Source: Candidatus Saccharimonadota bacterium (GTDB taxonomy: Bacteria; Patescibacteriota; Saccharimonadia; Saccharimonadales; Saccharimonadaceae). From it: 32,000 nt of DNA. Positions 23,299 through 30,596 of the stretch are shown piece by piece. The DNA lies in contig JAFWJH010000003.1 of the NCBI GenBank assembly GCA_017511645.1, positions 70,297 through 102,296 on the forward strand, written 5' to 3'. The notes beneath the pieces were generated by a model that worked only from the letters and a program-made list of their open reading frames with translations, had not been told where the DNA came from and ran no database searches. Numbering within the stretch: position 1 is the stretch's first letter; each line of letters starts with the position of its first letter. The position numbers and the translations under genes were made by a program.

Positions 23299-24963
23299 AT
23301 GAAAAGCAAATCAATTGTGGCAATAAAAACCGATATAGACGAGCAGCCATTGCTTCGCTATGTCCTTTATGCACGCAAATCCTCTGAAGATGTCGGCGCA
23401 CAAGCTAAATCTCTTCCTGATCAGATTAAAGATTGCTTAGCTTATGCAGAAACTCATGGCTTGGTCGTCGTGGATATTTTAAAAGAGTCTCATTCGGCTA
23501 AAATCTCCGGGCGTCGACCGATATTTTCCAAAATGCTAAAAGATCTTGAGGTCGGCAAGTATGACGGCATTCTTACCTGGCACCCAGACCGCCTTGCGAG
23601 AAATTCACTCGAAGCCGGAATGATTGTCGACATGGTAGATAACGGCGTAATCAAAGACCTTAAATTTCCGATGTTTAATTTTACGAATGACTCAAATGCA
23701 AAACTACTCCTTAACATCGTTTTTGCAATGTCCAAGCAATATTCAGAACATTTAAGCGAGAGTGTCCAACGCGGCGTCAACTCTAACCTCGCCCAAGGAA
23801 AATCTGGCGGTATGCCAAAATGGGGCTATAACCGCGACGAAGTAACAGGGTTTTATGAACCAGACCAGAATTTCGACATCATTAGGCGAGGATTCGATAT
23901 GTACCTTGAAGGTTATAGCCAAAGAGATATTATTGATTTCTGGCGACAAAACGATGTTCATCGTATGACGAAAATTAATCGTAAAAACAAAAATAAACGA
24001 AAAATTACCGTATATAACAGCGTCTCGGTTCTTGGTACGATCTTAAGTGATCCATTTTATTATGGTATCCTTGTCCAGGGCGGGCAGAGGGTAGATTTAC
24101 GTGAAATATTACCAGATTTCAAGCCGATGATAACTGAAGAGGAGTTCGGATTAATTCAAGCAAAACGTAGGAAGCTCAAAAAAGTTGTCTCTGCTTCCGT
24201 AAAAGCCGAAGAAGGTAAAGTATTTATCCCATTCCGTCAGATGGTAAAATGTGGTGAATGTGGTAATTTTATGCACGTAGCACGCTCAAAATCACGTACT
24301 GGTAAGAAATATCTCTACTTCCGCTGCGGAAATCCGGAATGCAGCAGAAAACAAAAAAGCGTTCGCGCGCAAGTAGTTTTAGATGCTTTATATAGGACGC
24401 TTGATAACCTACGTTTCACGAAAAGAGACATTTCAAAAATCCAAAATAGTTTAACGAATTATATAAACGTTCGCCATAACGAGCTGACTACGGAGAAACT
24501 TCGCGTCAATGCGGCCATAAAAGCCAAGAAGCGTCGCCAAGATGAATTGGCTCAGGCTTTCATTGATCTCGGCAAAGATGCGCCAAAAGAGGCTAAACAG
24601 ATGGTGAGTGAACAGCTTGAAGAATGCCGGAACGATATAGCAACTTTGCAGACTGAGCGTGATGAGATTGAAGCTAAAATCTTCGATCCAGACCAAGTTC
24701 GCGAAATTCTGGATGAGCTTACGAACCAGCTGGATTCCATCGGTGACAAGATGAAATCTGGCGATTCCTGGCAAAAAGACCAGTTGGCCCGAAATATGCT
24801 TGCGAACCTAGAAATTTCCAATAAAAATGAGGTTTCTTTCAGATGGAAGAAACCTCTAAAGCACATATTTAGCAATGCTTCAACCGAAGAATTTCGGCCT
24901 GGTGCGCGCGACTGGACTCGAACCAGCACAGCCGTAAATGTGGCCACTACCACCTCAAGGTAG
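23299..24963 (+). CDS. large serine recombinase (integrase)
   Basis: 554 aa. The N-terminal resolvase domain has YARKSSED (catalytic Ser region) and ..HPDRLARN..SESVQRG... It also has a recombinase domain, the zinc ribbon CGECG..FRCGNPEC and a coiled-coil region. The last 64 nt overlap tRNA-Leu antisense. Confidence 0.9.
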   Translation: MKSKSIVAIKTDIDEQPLLRYVLYARKSSEDVGAQAKSLPDQIKDCLAYAETHGLVVVDILKESHSAKISGRRPIFSKMLKDLEVGKYDGILTWHPDRLARNSLEAGMIVDMVDNGVIKDLKFPMFNFTNDSNAKLLLNIVFAMSKQYSEHLSESVQRGVNSNLAQGKSGGMPKWGYNRDEVTGFYEPDQNFDIIRRGFDMYLEGYSQRDIIDFWRQNDVHRMTKINRKNKNKRKITVYNSVSVLGTILSDPFYYGILVQGGQRVDLREILPDFKPMITEEEFGLIQAKRRKLKKVVSASVKAEEGKVFIPFRQMVKCGECGNFMHVARSKSRTGKKYLYFRCGNPECSRKQKSVRAQVVLDALYRTLDNLRFTKRDISKIQNSLTNYINVRHNELTTEKLRVNAAIKAKKRRQDELAQAFIDLGKDAPKEAKQMVSEQLEECRNDIATLQTERDEIEAKIFDPDQVREILDELTNQLDSIGDKMKSGDSWQKDQLARNMLANLEISNKNEVSFRWKKPLKHIFSNASTEEFRPGARDWTRTSTAVNVATTTSR

Positions 24964-24990
24964 CGTGTCTACCAATTCCACCACGCGCGC
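24900..24990 (-). tRNA. tRNA-Leu (anticodon GAG), class II with long variable arm, CCA encoded
   Basis: The reverse complement GCGCGCG-TG-GTGGAATTGGTAGACAC-G-CTACC-TTGAGGT-GGTAG-(variable arm)-GCTGG-TTCGAGT-CCAGT-CGCGCGC-A-CCA folds by hand into a cloverleaf with a perfect 7-bp acceptor stem. Confidence 0.9.
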
Positions 24991-25010
24991 AAAATCAAAG
25001 TACAAGTTAT

Positions 25011-25019
25011 ATTATAACA
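25011..25019 (-). promoter_or_regulatory. extended -10 TGTTATAAT for tRNA-Leu
   Basis: The plus-strand ATTATAACA is the reverse complement of TGTTATAAT, 20 nt upstream of the tRNA 5' end. Confidence 0.4.
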
Positions 25020-25064
25020 TATCTTGAGATTTTTGGGCGATTTTCACAGAACACATCTTGGCCG

Positions 25065-25073
25065 TGTTATAAT
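25065..25073 (+). promoter_or_regulatory. extended -10 TGTTATAAT
   Basis: Lies 19 nt upstream of the ATG at 25093, with AAGGAGG RBS in between. Confidence 0.4.
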
Positions 25074-25092
25074 GAAGTAAACAAGGAGGTAA

Positions 25093-26136
25093 ATGAAGAA
25101 AACTTTTACTAAGTTTGCAGTGGTCGTAGTGCTAGGAATGTTGATATTGTCTGGCATAGTAATACCAGTAGGATTAACCTATGCCGAAGAGGATGAGGGG
25201 ACTGGGGGCGATACCATTGGTACAAGTATTAGTATTTCTCCAGTAAGCAAGGTTTTGCAGTTGAGCGCTAATTCGACCTACGATGACGTATTGAGCGTCA
25301 CCAATGACGGCAGTGAGAAAATCAGATTTGAGGTTTATGCGGCACCATATTCATATGTATATTCAGAGGAAAACGACACCTATACACTCGGGTTTAGCAA
25401 AGAAAGCGACTATACCCAAATTGCACGATGGATTAGCATAAAGGATAGAAACGAAAATTACACCACTAAGCCAATATTTACTGCTGAGCCAGGTGAAACG
25501 GTGGAGGTATCTTACCGAGTAACTACCCCGAGTAGCATACCAGATGGTGGTCAGTATGCAGTGTTGTTCGCACACACTTTATCGGATCCGTCCGACACTA
25601 GCGGTATTAAAACCGAAGCCAGCCCTGGCATGGTGATTTATGGTAGATCCGATGGCGAAACGATTATCGCTTCTGAAATCTCTAATATGCAGATTAATCA
25701 AACCATCACTAGAGATACCGAAGTAGAAGAAAATGGTCAAACCGTTACTAAAGAAATGACACTGAATAATATCAATGCTTCGGCAAAAGTAAAAAATACC
25801 GGTAATCTAGATTTTAATGCGCACGGCGTATTAAGAGTGGAGGGGATACTAGGCGGAACATACTACGAGACACCCGAAAACGAGTCGCGGATCTCGGTGA
25901 TACCAGAAGCAGAGCTAACCCTGTCAGACGAATGGGAAGAAACGCCAGGCTTTGGTCTATACAGAGTAACCTGGACAGTAACAGCTGGCGATAAAACCGA
26001 AACTAACGAAATGGTATTATGCCTGATACCGCCATCCGTAATAATTATTAGCATAATCTTGTTGACAATCATAATTGTATGGATTATAATGGCCGTAAGG
26101 AGGCGCAGAGAACGCCGTTCTAGGTTTGCCGTCTAG
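25093..26136 (+). CDS. secreted, C-terminally membrane-anchored surface protein (possibly DUF916/DUF3324-like)
   Basis: 347 aa. It has an N-terminal signal-like helix, a beta-rich Thr/Ser/Glu ectodomain, and a C-terminal TM helix followed by RRRRERRSR. Confidence 0.65.
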   Translation: MKKTFTKFAVVVVLGMLILSGIVIPVGLTYAEEDEGTGGDTIGTSISISPVSKVLQLSANSTYDDVLSVTNDGSEKIRFEVYAAPYSYVYSEENDTYTLGFSKESDYTQIARWISIKDRNENYTTKPIFTAEPGETVEVSYRVTTPSSIPDGGQYAVLFAHTLSDPSDTSGIKTEASPGMVIYGRSDGETIIASEISNMQINQTITRDTEVEENGQTVTKEMTLNNINASAKVKNTGNLDFNAHGVLRVEGILGGTYYETPENESRISVIPEAELTLSDEWEETPGFGLYRVTWTVTAGDKTETNEMVLCLIPPSVIIISIILLTIIIVWIIMAVRRRRERRSRFAV

Positions 26137-26186
26137 ACACGAGTTGCGCAACCAAAATAAAAACTAAAAATAAAAGAGTGTAGAGC

Positions 26187-27125
26187 ATGAAAAAGACAAA
26201 AAAACGCGTGTTTGGTCTAGTAGGGCTTGGTCTAGTAGCTATCACCACAATCTTTGCAGCATCTTTGCCTGGGCCGGAAGCTGCAGCTATAGAGTCAGAC
26301 CAAGCGACTGACACCATAGTGGTGCGAGTAGTAGGGGCTGATCCGCTAATAGAAATTACTAGCAGCCAAGACGGCAAAGAATTGGTTCAGCAGGAACAAA
26401 TTTTTAGTTTTAAATATTACAATTCAGAATATATTGACTCAAAAATACTCTATACTAATGACGAAGACGTAAAGACTGAGCATATTTTAATTGAAGGTGA
26501 AGAGCGTTATGTAAAATATCACGATGGCGAATACGTAACAGTCCCTGCTTTAGACTTGCTTAGCGATGGTTATGGCTACGGCGAATACGTGGTAGAATCT
26601 GTCGCTACAGGATATGCTGGCGTAACTTACCCAAAAACGATTAGCTTTTCTTTTATCCCAGTAAAAGGCGAGGCGGCGGAAGATCCTAACGACGGATTGA
26701 TCTATTTACATCTTGATTACGACACTGAAAATGAAAATATAGATCATATCAAAATTAATGTCTACGATGAAAGTGGCAATATTGTAAAAGTGATTTCTCC
26801 GATTGTAGTAGTAACGCCAGGGATGAAAGTGGAGCTACCGTTTTCGGAAAATGATCTACCAACTGGAAATTACACGATAGGAATTACTGCTTATAATGCT
26901 GAGGATGAATTGCTATACGGTAAACCGTACTATACTAGCGTATACTATGAGGCGATCCCAGTGCCAGACACGGGTGGGATGTTCACTGGAATGAATATTT
27001 CAAAGACAGATTATTTGGTAACTGGATTGATTGTATTCTCACTGACGGCGATACTTGGGTTTGTATTTGTGGCAAGGGGAAGAAATAATGAAAGTAGACT
27101 AACAATAAAAAAGAGACGCCGCTAG
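26187..27125 (+). CDS. surface protein with LPXTG-like (VPDTG) sorting signal
   Basis: 312 aa. It has a signal peptide and an acidic ectodomain. The C-terminus is ..IPVPDTGG.., then a hydrophobic stretch, then RGRNNESRLTIKKRRR. Confidence 0.6.
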   Translation: MKKTKKRVFGLVGLGLVAITTIFAASLPGPEAAAIESDQATDTIVVRVVGADPLIEITSSQDGKELVQQEQIFSFKYYNSEYIDSKILYTNDEDVKTEHILIEGEERYVKYHDGEYVTVPALDLLSDGYGYGEYVVESVATGYAGVTYPKTISFSFIPVKGEAAEDPNDGLIYLHLDYDTENENIDHIKINVYDESGNIVKVISPIVVVTPGMKVELPFSENDLPTGNYTIGITAYNAEDELLYGKPYYTSVYYEAIPVPDTGGMFTGMNISKTDYLVTGLIVFSLTAILGFVFVARGRNNESRLTIKKRRR

Positions 27126-27136
27126 TTATTAATTCG

Positions 27137-27176
27137 GAAAAAATGGACGCTGCTACTGCGAGGGCGTCCATTTTTG
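27137..27176. terminator. bidirectional rho-independent terminator between convergent genes
   Basis: AAAAAATGGACGC-(13 nt)-GCGTCCATTTTT: an 8-bp stem flanked by an A-run and a T-run. Confidence 0.65.
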
Positions 27177-27190
27177 TGATTTTAGAGGGA

Positions 27191-27523
27191 TTATTTTTCC
27201 TCAGCCTTGGCTTTTTTCTCAGCCTCTTTGGCAGTTTTCTTGGCTTTGTTTGCTAAAGCTTCTTTCATTTTGGCAGCCTTGGCAGCGCGAGCCTTGAAGC
27301 GATCCACACGGCCTTCAGTATCGATAATCTTCTCTTCACCAGTAAAGAATGGGTGAGAAGCAGAAGAAATCTGAACCTTGACCAATGGATATTCGTTGCC
27401 ATCTTCCCATTTGATGGTCTCTTCGCTTTTCGCGGTGGACTTTGTCAAGAACGCAAAACCGGCGGCCTCGTCTGAAAAGACAACATCGCGATAATCTTTA
27501 GGGTGTAACTCTTTTTTACTCAT
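27191..27523 (-). CDS. rpmE2: 50S ribosomal protein L31 type B with Lys/Ala-rich C-terminal extension
   Basis: [47 protein letters not shown] matches L31. There is no Cys (type B). About 30 extra KA-rich residues follow. Confidence 0.85.
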   Translation of the reverse strand: MSKKELHPKDYRDVVFSDEAAGFAFLTKSTAKSEETIKWEDGNEYPLVKVQISSASHPFFTGEEKIIDTEGRVDRFKARAAKAAKMKEALANKAKKTAKEAEKKAKAEEK

Positions 27524-27534
27524 AACTGGCGACC

Positions 27535-27563
27535 ATTATATCAGATTTTTTCTAAACTGTAAA
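27535..27563 (-). promoter_or_regulatory. sigma70-type promoter of rpmE2: TTTACA, 17-nt spacer, TGATATAAT
   Basis: The minus strand reads TTTACA-gtttagaaaaaatctga-TATAAT. The ATG is 11 nt downstream of the -10, so there is a very short leader and no SD. Confidence 0.55.
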
Positions 27564-27586
27564 GAAAAAGGAGGCCGAAGCCTCCA
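27564..27586 (-). terminator. rho-independent terminator of the small ORF
   Basis: The minus strand reads GGAGGC-TTCG-GCCTCC followed by TTTTTC, 4 nt after the stop codon. Confidence 0.7.
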
Positions 27587-27589
27587 GAA

Positions 27590-27727
27590 TTAGTAGCCAC
27601 CAGGCCCTTCGCGCTGCTCCATAGCAAGATCTTCTAATAATTCTTTATCAGGATCTTTCGGCTTCTGAAGTTTTACTTCTAAAGTCTTATCAGCTGTACA
27701 GTTGCCAGTGGTCTCTTTCTCTTTCAT
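27590..27727 (-). CDS. small hypothetical protein (45 aa)
   Basis: Not in the ORF track. Translation: MKEKETTGNCTADKTLEVKLQKPKDPDKELLEDLAMEQREGPGGY. It has its own TGCTATAAT (27787-27779), a G-rich RBS (AAGGGGGGAAG) and a terminator. Confidence 0.5.
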   Translation of the reverse strand: MKEKETTGNCTADKTLEVKLQKPKDPDKELLEDLAMEQREGPGGY

Positions 27728-27844
27728 AAAGAACTTCCCCCCTTCAGGCCGCTATATTGTATTAATAGGCCTATCTTAATTATAGCACAAACGTAATAAA
27801 AAGTCAATATTTTGGCACTTGTTGTTGATTTTTTAAAGGGAATG

Positions 27845-27853
27845 TGATAGAAT
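27845..27853 (+). promoter_or_regulatory. extended -10-like TGATAGAAT upstream of rpsB
   Basis: TGaTAGAAT lies 78 nt upstream of the rpsB ATG. The leader contains the hairpin CTATGGG/CCCATAG (27881-27910). Confidence 0.35.
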
Positions 27854-27931
27854 TGGACCATATTAAATTTAACGAAGCAGCTATGGGAGGTTTCCTGATT
27901 AAACCCATAGTAAAGGAAAGGAAATCATATT

Positions 27932-28618
27932 ATGGCAGTTGCTATTGATATGAAAGCTCTGCTCGAAGCTGGTGCTCATTTTGGGCACAAAACGAGCCGG
28001 TGGCACCCAAAGATGGCGCCATATATTCACTCCAAGCGCCAAAATGCGCATATTATTAACCTGGAAAAGACCGTAGAGGGTCTCGAAGTGGCTTTGCCAA
28101 AAATCACCGAGATCGTAAAAAATGGCAAAAAGGTACTTTTCGTAGGCACCAAAAAACAAATGAAAGAGGTTGTCAAAGAAGCAGCTGAATCTATAGAGAT
28201 GCCATATGTAACTGTACGCTGGGTTGGTGGTACGTTGACTAACGTAAACACCGTAAACCGCCAAATCAAGAAGCTGAAAGACTTAGAACGCCGCATGGCT
28301 TCGGGTGAGCTCGAAAATCGCTATTCGAAACTTGAGGTACAAAGATTTCAAGAAGAAATCGACGCCTTGAATGAGCGTTATGGTGGCATCAAAGACATGA
28401 CCGAGCAGCCAGCTGCAATCATTGTAGTAGATGCAATTGAAGATAAGAATGCAATCAAGGAAGCTAAGGTTCTAAATATTCCGGTATTTGCTATTACTGA
28501 TACCAATGTAGACCCAACTAATATTGACTACGTAGTCCCAGCCAACGATGATGCAATCAAGGCGACAAAGTTGATCTTGAGCTACTTCGTAGAGGCTGTC
28601 AAAGAAGGCAAAAAATAA
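27932..28618 (+). CDS. rpsB: 30S ribosomal protein S2
   Basis: 228 aa with ..LLEAGAHFGHKTSRWHPKMAPYI.. and ..VLFVGTKKQ... Confidence 0.95.
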   Translation: MAVAIDMKALLEAGAHFGHKTSRWHPKMAPYIHSKRQNAHIINLEKTVEGLEVALPKITEIVKNGKKVLFVGTKKQMKEVVKEAAESIEMPYVTVRWVGGTLTNVNTVNRQIKKLKDLERRMASGELENRYSKLEVQRFQEEIDALNERYGGIKDMTEQPAAIIVVDAIEDKNAIKEAKVLNIPVFAITDTNVDPTNIDYVVPANDDAIKATKLILSYFVEAVKEGKK

Positions 28619-28632
28619 TTTAGGAGGCAAAA

Positions 28633-29223
28633 ATGGCAGAAATTTCTGTAGAACAAATCAAAAAATTAAAAGAATTATCCGGTGCGGGACTGACTGACGC
28701 AAAAAAAGCCCTAGTGGAGGCGGGTGGTGATTTTGACAAAGCGCTCGAGGCGATGCGCAAAAAAGGTCTTACCAAAGCTGAAAAACGCGGTGATCGCGAA
28801 ACTCGTGAAGGTTTGGTAGATAGCTATATTCATGATGGTCGCCTTGGCGCAATCGTAGAGGTAAACTGCGAGACTTCTTTTGTGGCAAAAACTGACGAAT
28901 TTAAGACTTTGGCACATCAAATCGCGATGCAAGTAGCTTCGATGGCGCCGCTTTATGTCTCGGAAGATGATATTCCAGAAGATGTGAAAGCAGTAAAAAT
29001 TAAAGAGCTCGAAGAAAACTTCAAGGGGCCAGAAAATATGAAAGAGAAGATTCTTGAAGGCCAAATGAAGAAAGCTTTCTCTGATAAGGTATTAATGAAT
29101 CAGCCGTACATCCTGGATGATTCAAAAACTGTAGAACAATTCATTAAAGAAGCGATTGCAAAGACCGGTGAAAATATAACTGTACGCCAATTTAAACGTA
29201 TTGAACTCGGCGTAACCGAATAA
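28633..29223 (+). CDS. tsf: translation elongation factor Ts (short form)
   Basis: 196 aa with an N-terminal UBA-like ..IKKLKELSGAGLTDAKKALVEAGGDFDKALEAMRKKG.. and ..GAIVEVNCETSFVAKTDEF... AGGAGG RBS. Confidence 0.9.
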   Translation: MAEISVEQIKKLKELSGAGLTDAKKALVEAGGDFDKALEAMRKKGLTKAEKRGDRETREGLVDSYIHDGRLGAIVEVNCETSFVAKTDEFKTLAHQIAMQVASMAPLYVSEDDIPEDVKAVKIKELEENFKGPENMKEKILEGQMKKAFSDKVLMNQPYILDDSKTVEQFIKEAIAKTGENITVRQFKRIELGVTE

Positions 29224-29230
29224 ACCTAAT

Positions 29231-29319
29231 AACAAAATATACCTTTTCGGGGACGGGTCGCTCGCACCCTTAATCCTTGGTCGTAACCTCCGGACACCCC
29301 TCAAAGGTATATTTTTGTT
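29231..29319 (+). other. long imperfect hairpin in the tsf-frr spacer (terminator/attenuator or small structured RNA)
   Basis: The outer stem AACAAAATATACCTTTT (29231-29247) pairs with AAAGGTATATTTTTGTT (29303-29319) with one bulge. Inner pairings are GGGG/CCCC and GGGT/ACCC. The 3' arm is T-rich. Confidence 0.4.
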
Positions 29320-29361
29320 ATCCATATTGTGTTATACTTAGAGTGTTAACTAAGGAGTTTT

Positions 29362-29907
29362 ATGTTCGATACAAATGAAGATCGCAAGAAAATGGAAGGA
29401 GTGATTGGGCGTTTCAAGGAAGAGATGAAAAAAGTCCGTACTGGGCGGGCGCATCCAGATATGATTTCGGGTGTAAAAGTAGAAGTTTATGGCCAGTATT
29501 TGCCTCTTAATCAAGTAGCAAATATTACCGCAGCTGATGCGACCTTACTCGTAATTACACCATTTGATCCGACCAATATTCAGGCGATCGCAGCAGCAAT
29601 TCGGGCCGACCAATCCCTTGGTCTCAACCCTGCTGATGACGGCCGCGTGATCCGAGTACCTATCCCAGCGCTCACCGAAGAGCGTCGTAAAGAAATCGTT
29701 AAAAATGCCTCGGCCAAAGTGGAAGAAGCCAAGGTGGCTATTCGTAATGTGCGTGAAGATGCACGTAAAGCAGTAAAGATCGCCACCGAAATGAGCGAAG
29801 ACGTAAAAAAACGCGCCGAAAAAGAAATCAATGAATTAACTAAGGAGTTTAATGATAAGGTCGATGCGGAGTTTAAGGCAAAGTCCGACGACATTATGAA
29901 ATTGTAA
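29362..29907 (+). CDS. frr: ribosome recycling factor
   Basis: 181 aa with ..KKVRTGRAHPDM..V.VYGQ..PLNQVANI.. and ..IRVPIPALTEERRKE... Confidence 0.95.
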   Translation: MFDTNEDRKKMEGVIGRFKEEMKKVRTGRAHPDMISGVKVEVYGQYLPLNQVANITAADATLLVITPFDPTNIQAIAAAIRADQSLGLNPADDGRVIRVPIPALTEERRKEIVKNASAKVEEAKVAIRNVREDARKAVKIATEMSEDVKKRAEKEINELTKEFNDKVDAEFKAKSDDIMKL

Positions 29908-29909
29908 TT

Positions 29910-30581
29910 ATGAGTTTAGTACATTTAGGAATTATTGCCGACGGCAATCGCCGCTGGGCAAAAGAAAATGGTCTGCCAAAAGTAGAGGGGCACCGGCAAG
30001 GATTAAAGGTAATCGAACAATTGGTAGCAGCAGCTGCGAAATTAGAGATTCCTTATATTACTTTTTATGTATTTAGCACAGAAAACTGGGGGCGTGAAAA
30101 AGCCGAAGTCGATCATATCATGAAACTGGCCGAGACCAAGATTTTAAAAATGGCCGAAAAAATGGCGGCTAATAATATCAAGCTCTTGATATTAGGCACG
30201 CGCGGCAAAGTTAATCCGACTTTAACTTCGCTGGCCGAAAAGGCCGAGAAGATTACCGCAGACTGCACTGGCACGACAGCGTGTTTTTGTTTTAATTATG
30301 GCGGCGAGCAGGAAATTGCCGATGCGGCAAATATCGCCATAGAAGTCGACGGTGAAATTACGCCAAAGACCATTCGCAAACATCTGTATCACCCAGAAGT
30401 GCCAGATCTCGACATGGTAGTGCGGACATCGGGCGAAGAACGGATCTCGGGTTTTATGTTATGGCGAGCAGCTTACGCAGAATTAATGTTTATCAAAAAG
30501 TATTTCCCAGAGATGAGTGGTGAAGATCTTGAGACGATTCTGAGCGAATATGAAAAACGCAACCGTCGCTTTGGCAAATAA
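29910..30581 (+). CDS. uppS: isoprenyl transferase (undecaprenyl diphosphate synthase family)
   Basis: 223 aa with HLGIIADGNRRWA, ..TFYVFSTENWGR.. and ..VRTSGEERISGFMLW... Confidence 0.9.
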   Translation: MSLVHLGIIADGNRRWAKENGLPKVEGHRQGLKVIEQLVAAAAKLEIPYITFYVFSTENWGREKAEVDHIMKLAETKILKMAEKMAANNIKLLILGTRGKVNPTLTSLAEKAEKITADCTGTTACFCFNYGGEQEIADAANIAIEVDGEITPKTIRKHLYHPEVPDLDMVVRTSGEERISGFMLWRAAYAELMFIKKYFPEMSGEDLETILSEYEKRNRRFGK

Positions 30582-30590
30582 TGATATAAT
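30582..30590 (+). promoter_or_regulatory. extended -10 TGATATAAT giving a leaderless rseP mRNA
   Basis: Exact TGATATAAT starting right after the uppS stop. Only 6 nt separate it from the ATG at 30597. Confidence 0.4.
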
Positions 30591-30596
30591 GGGCTT

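Larger units (their letters stand above)
3047..24908. mobile_element. integrated genomic island (~21.9 kb) at tRNA-Leu(GAG), serine-recombinase type
   Basis: A large serine recombinase abuts the tRNA 3' end. A TGGTGCGCG direct repeat occurs at both proposed ends, with a terminator just outside the left repeat. Cargo is a TA module, orphan genes and a compositionally distinct biosynthetic cluster. Confidence 0.55.

Noticed and set aside
24451-24953. 107-aa and 133-aa minus-strand ORFs
   Set aside because: Both lie antisense inside the serine recombinase gene, which has unambiguous domain motifs. There are no RBS or promoter signals.
27899-28296. 121-aa and 89-aa minus-strand ORFs
   Set aside because: Both are antisense to rpsB, whose identity is certain.
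29231-29319. SRP (4.5S) RNA or tRNA-like gene in the tsf-frr spacer
   Set aside because: It lacks the conserved SRP domain IV motif (GGAA/AGCAGC-type) as I remember it and lacks any cloverleaf. It is kept only as an unexplained hairpin.
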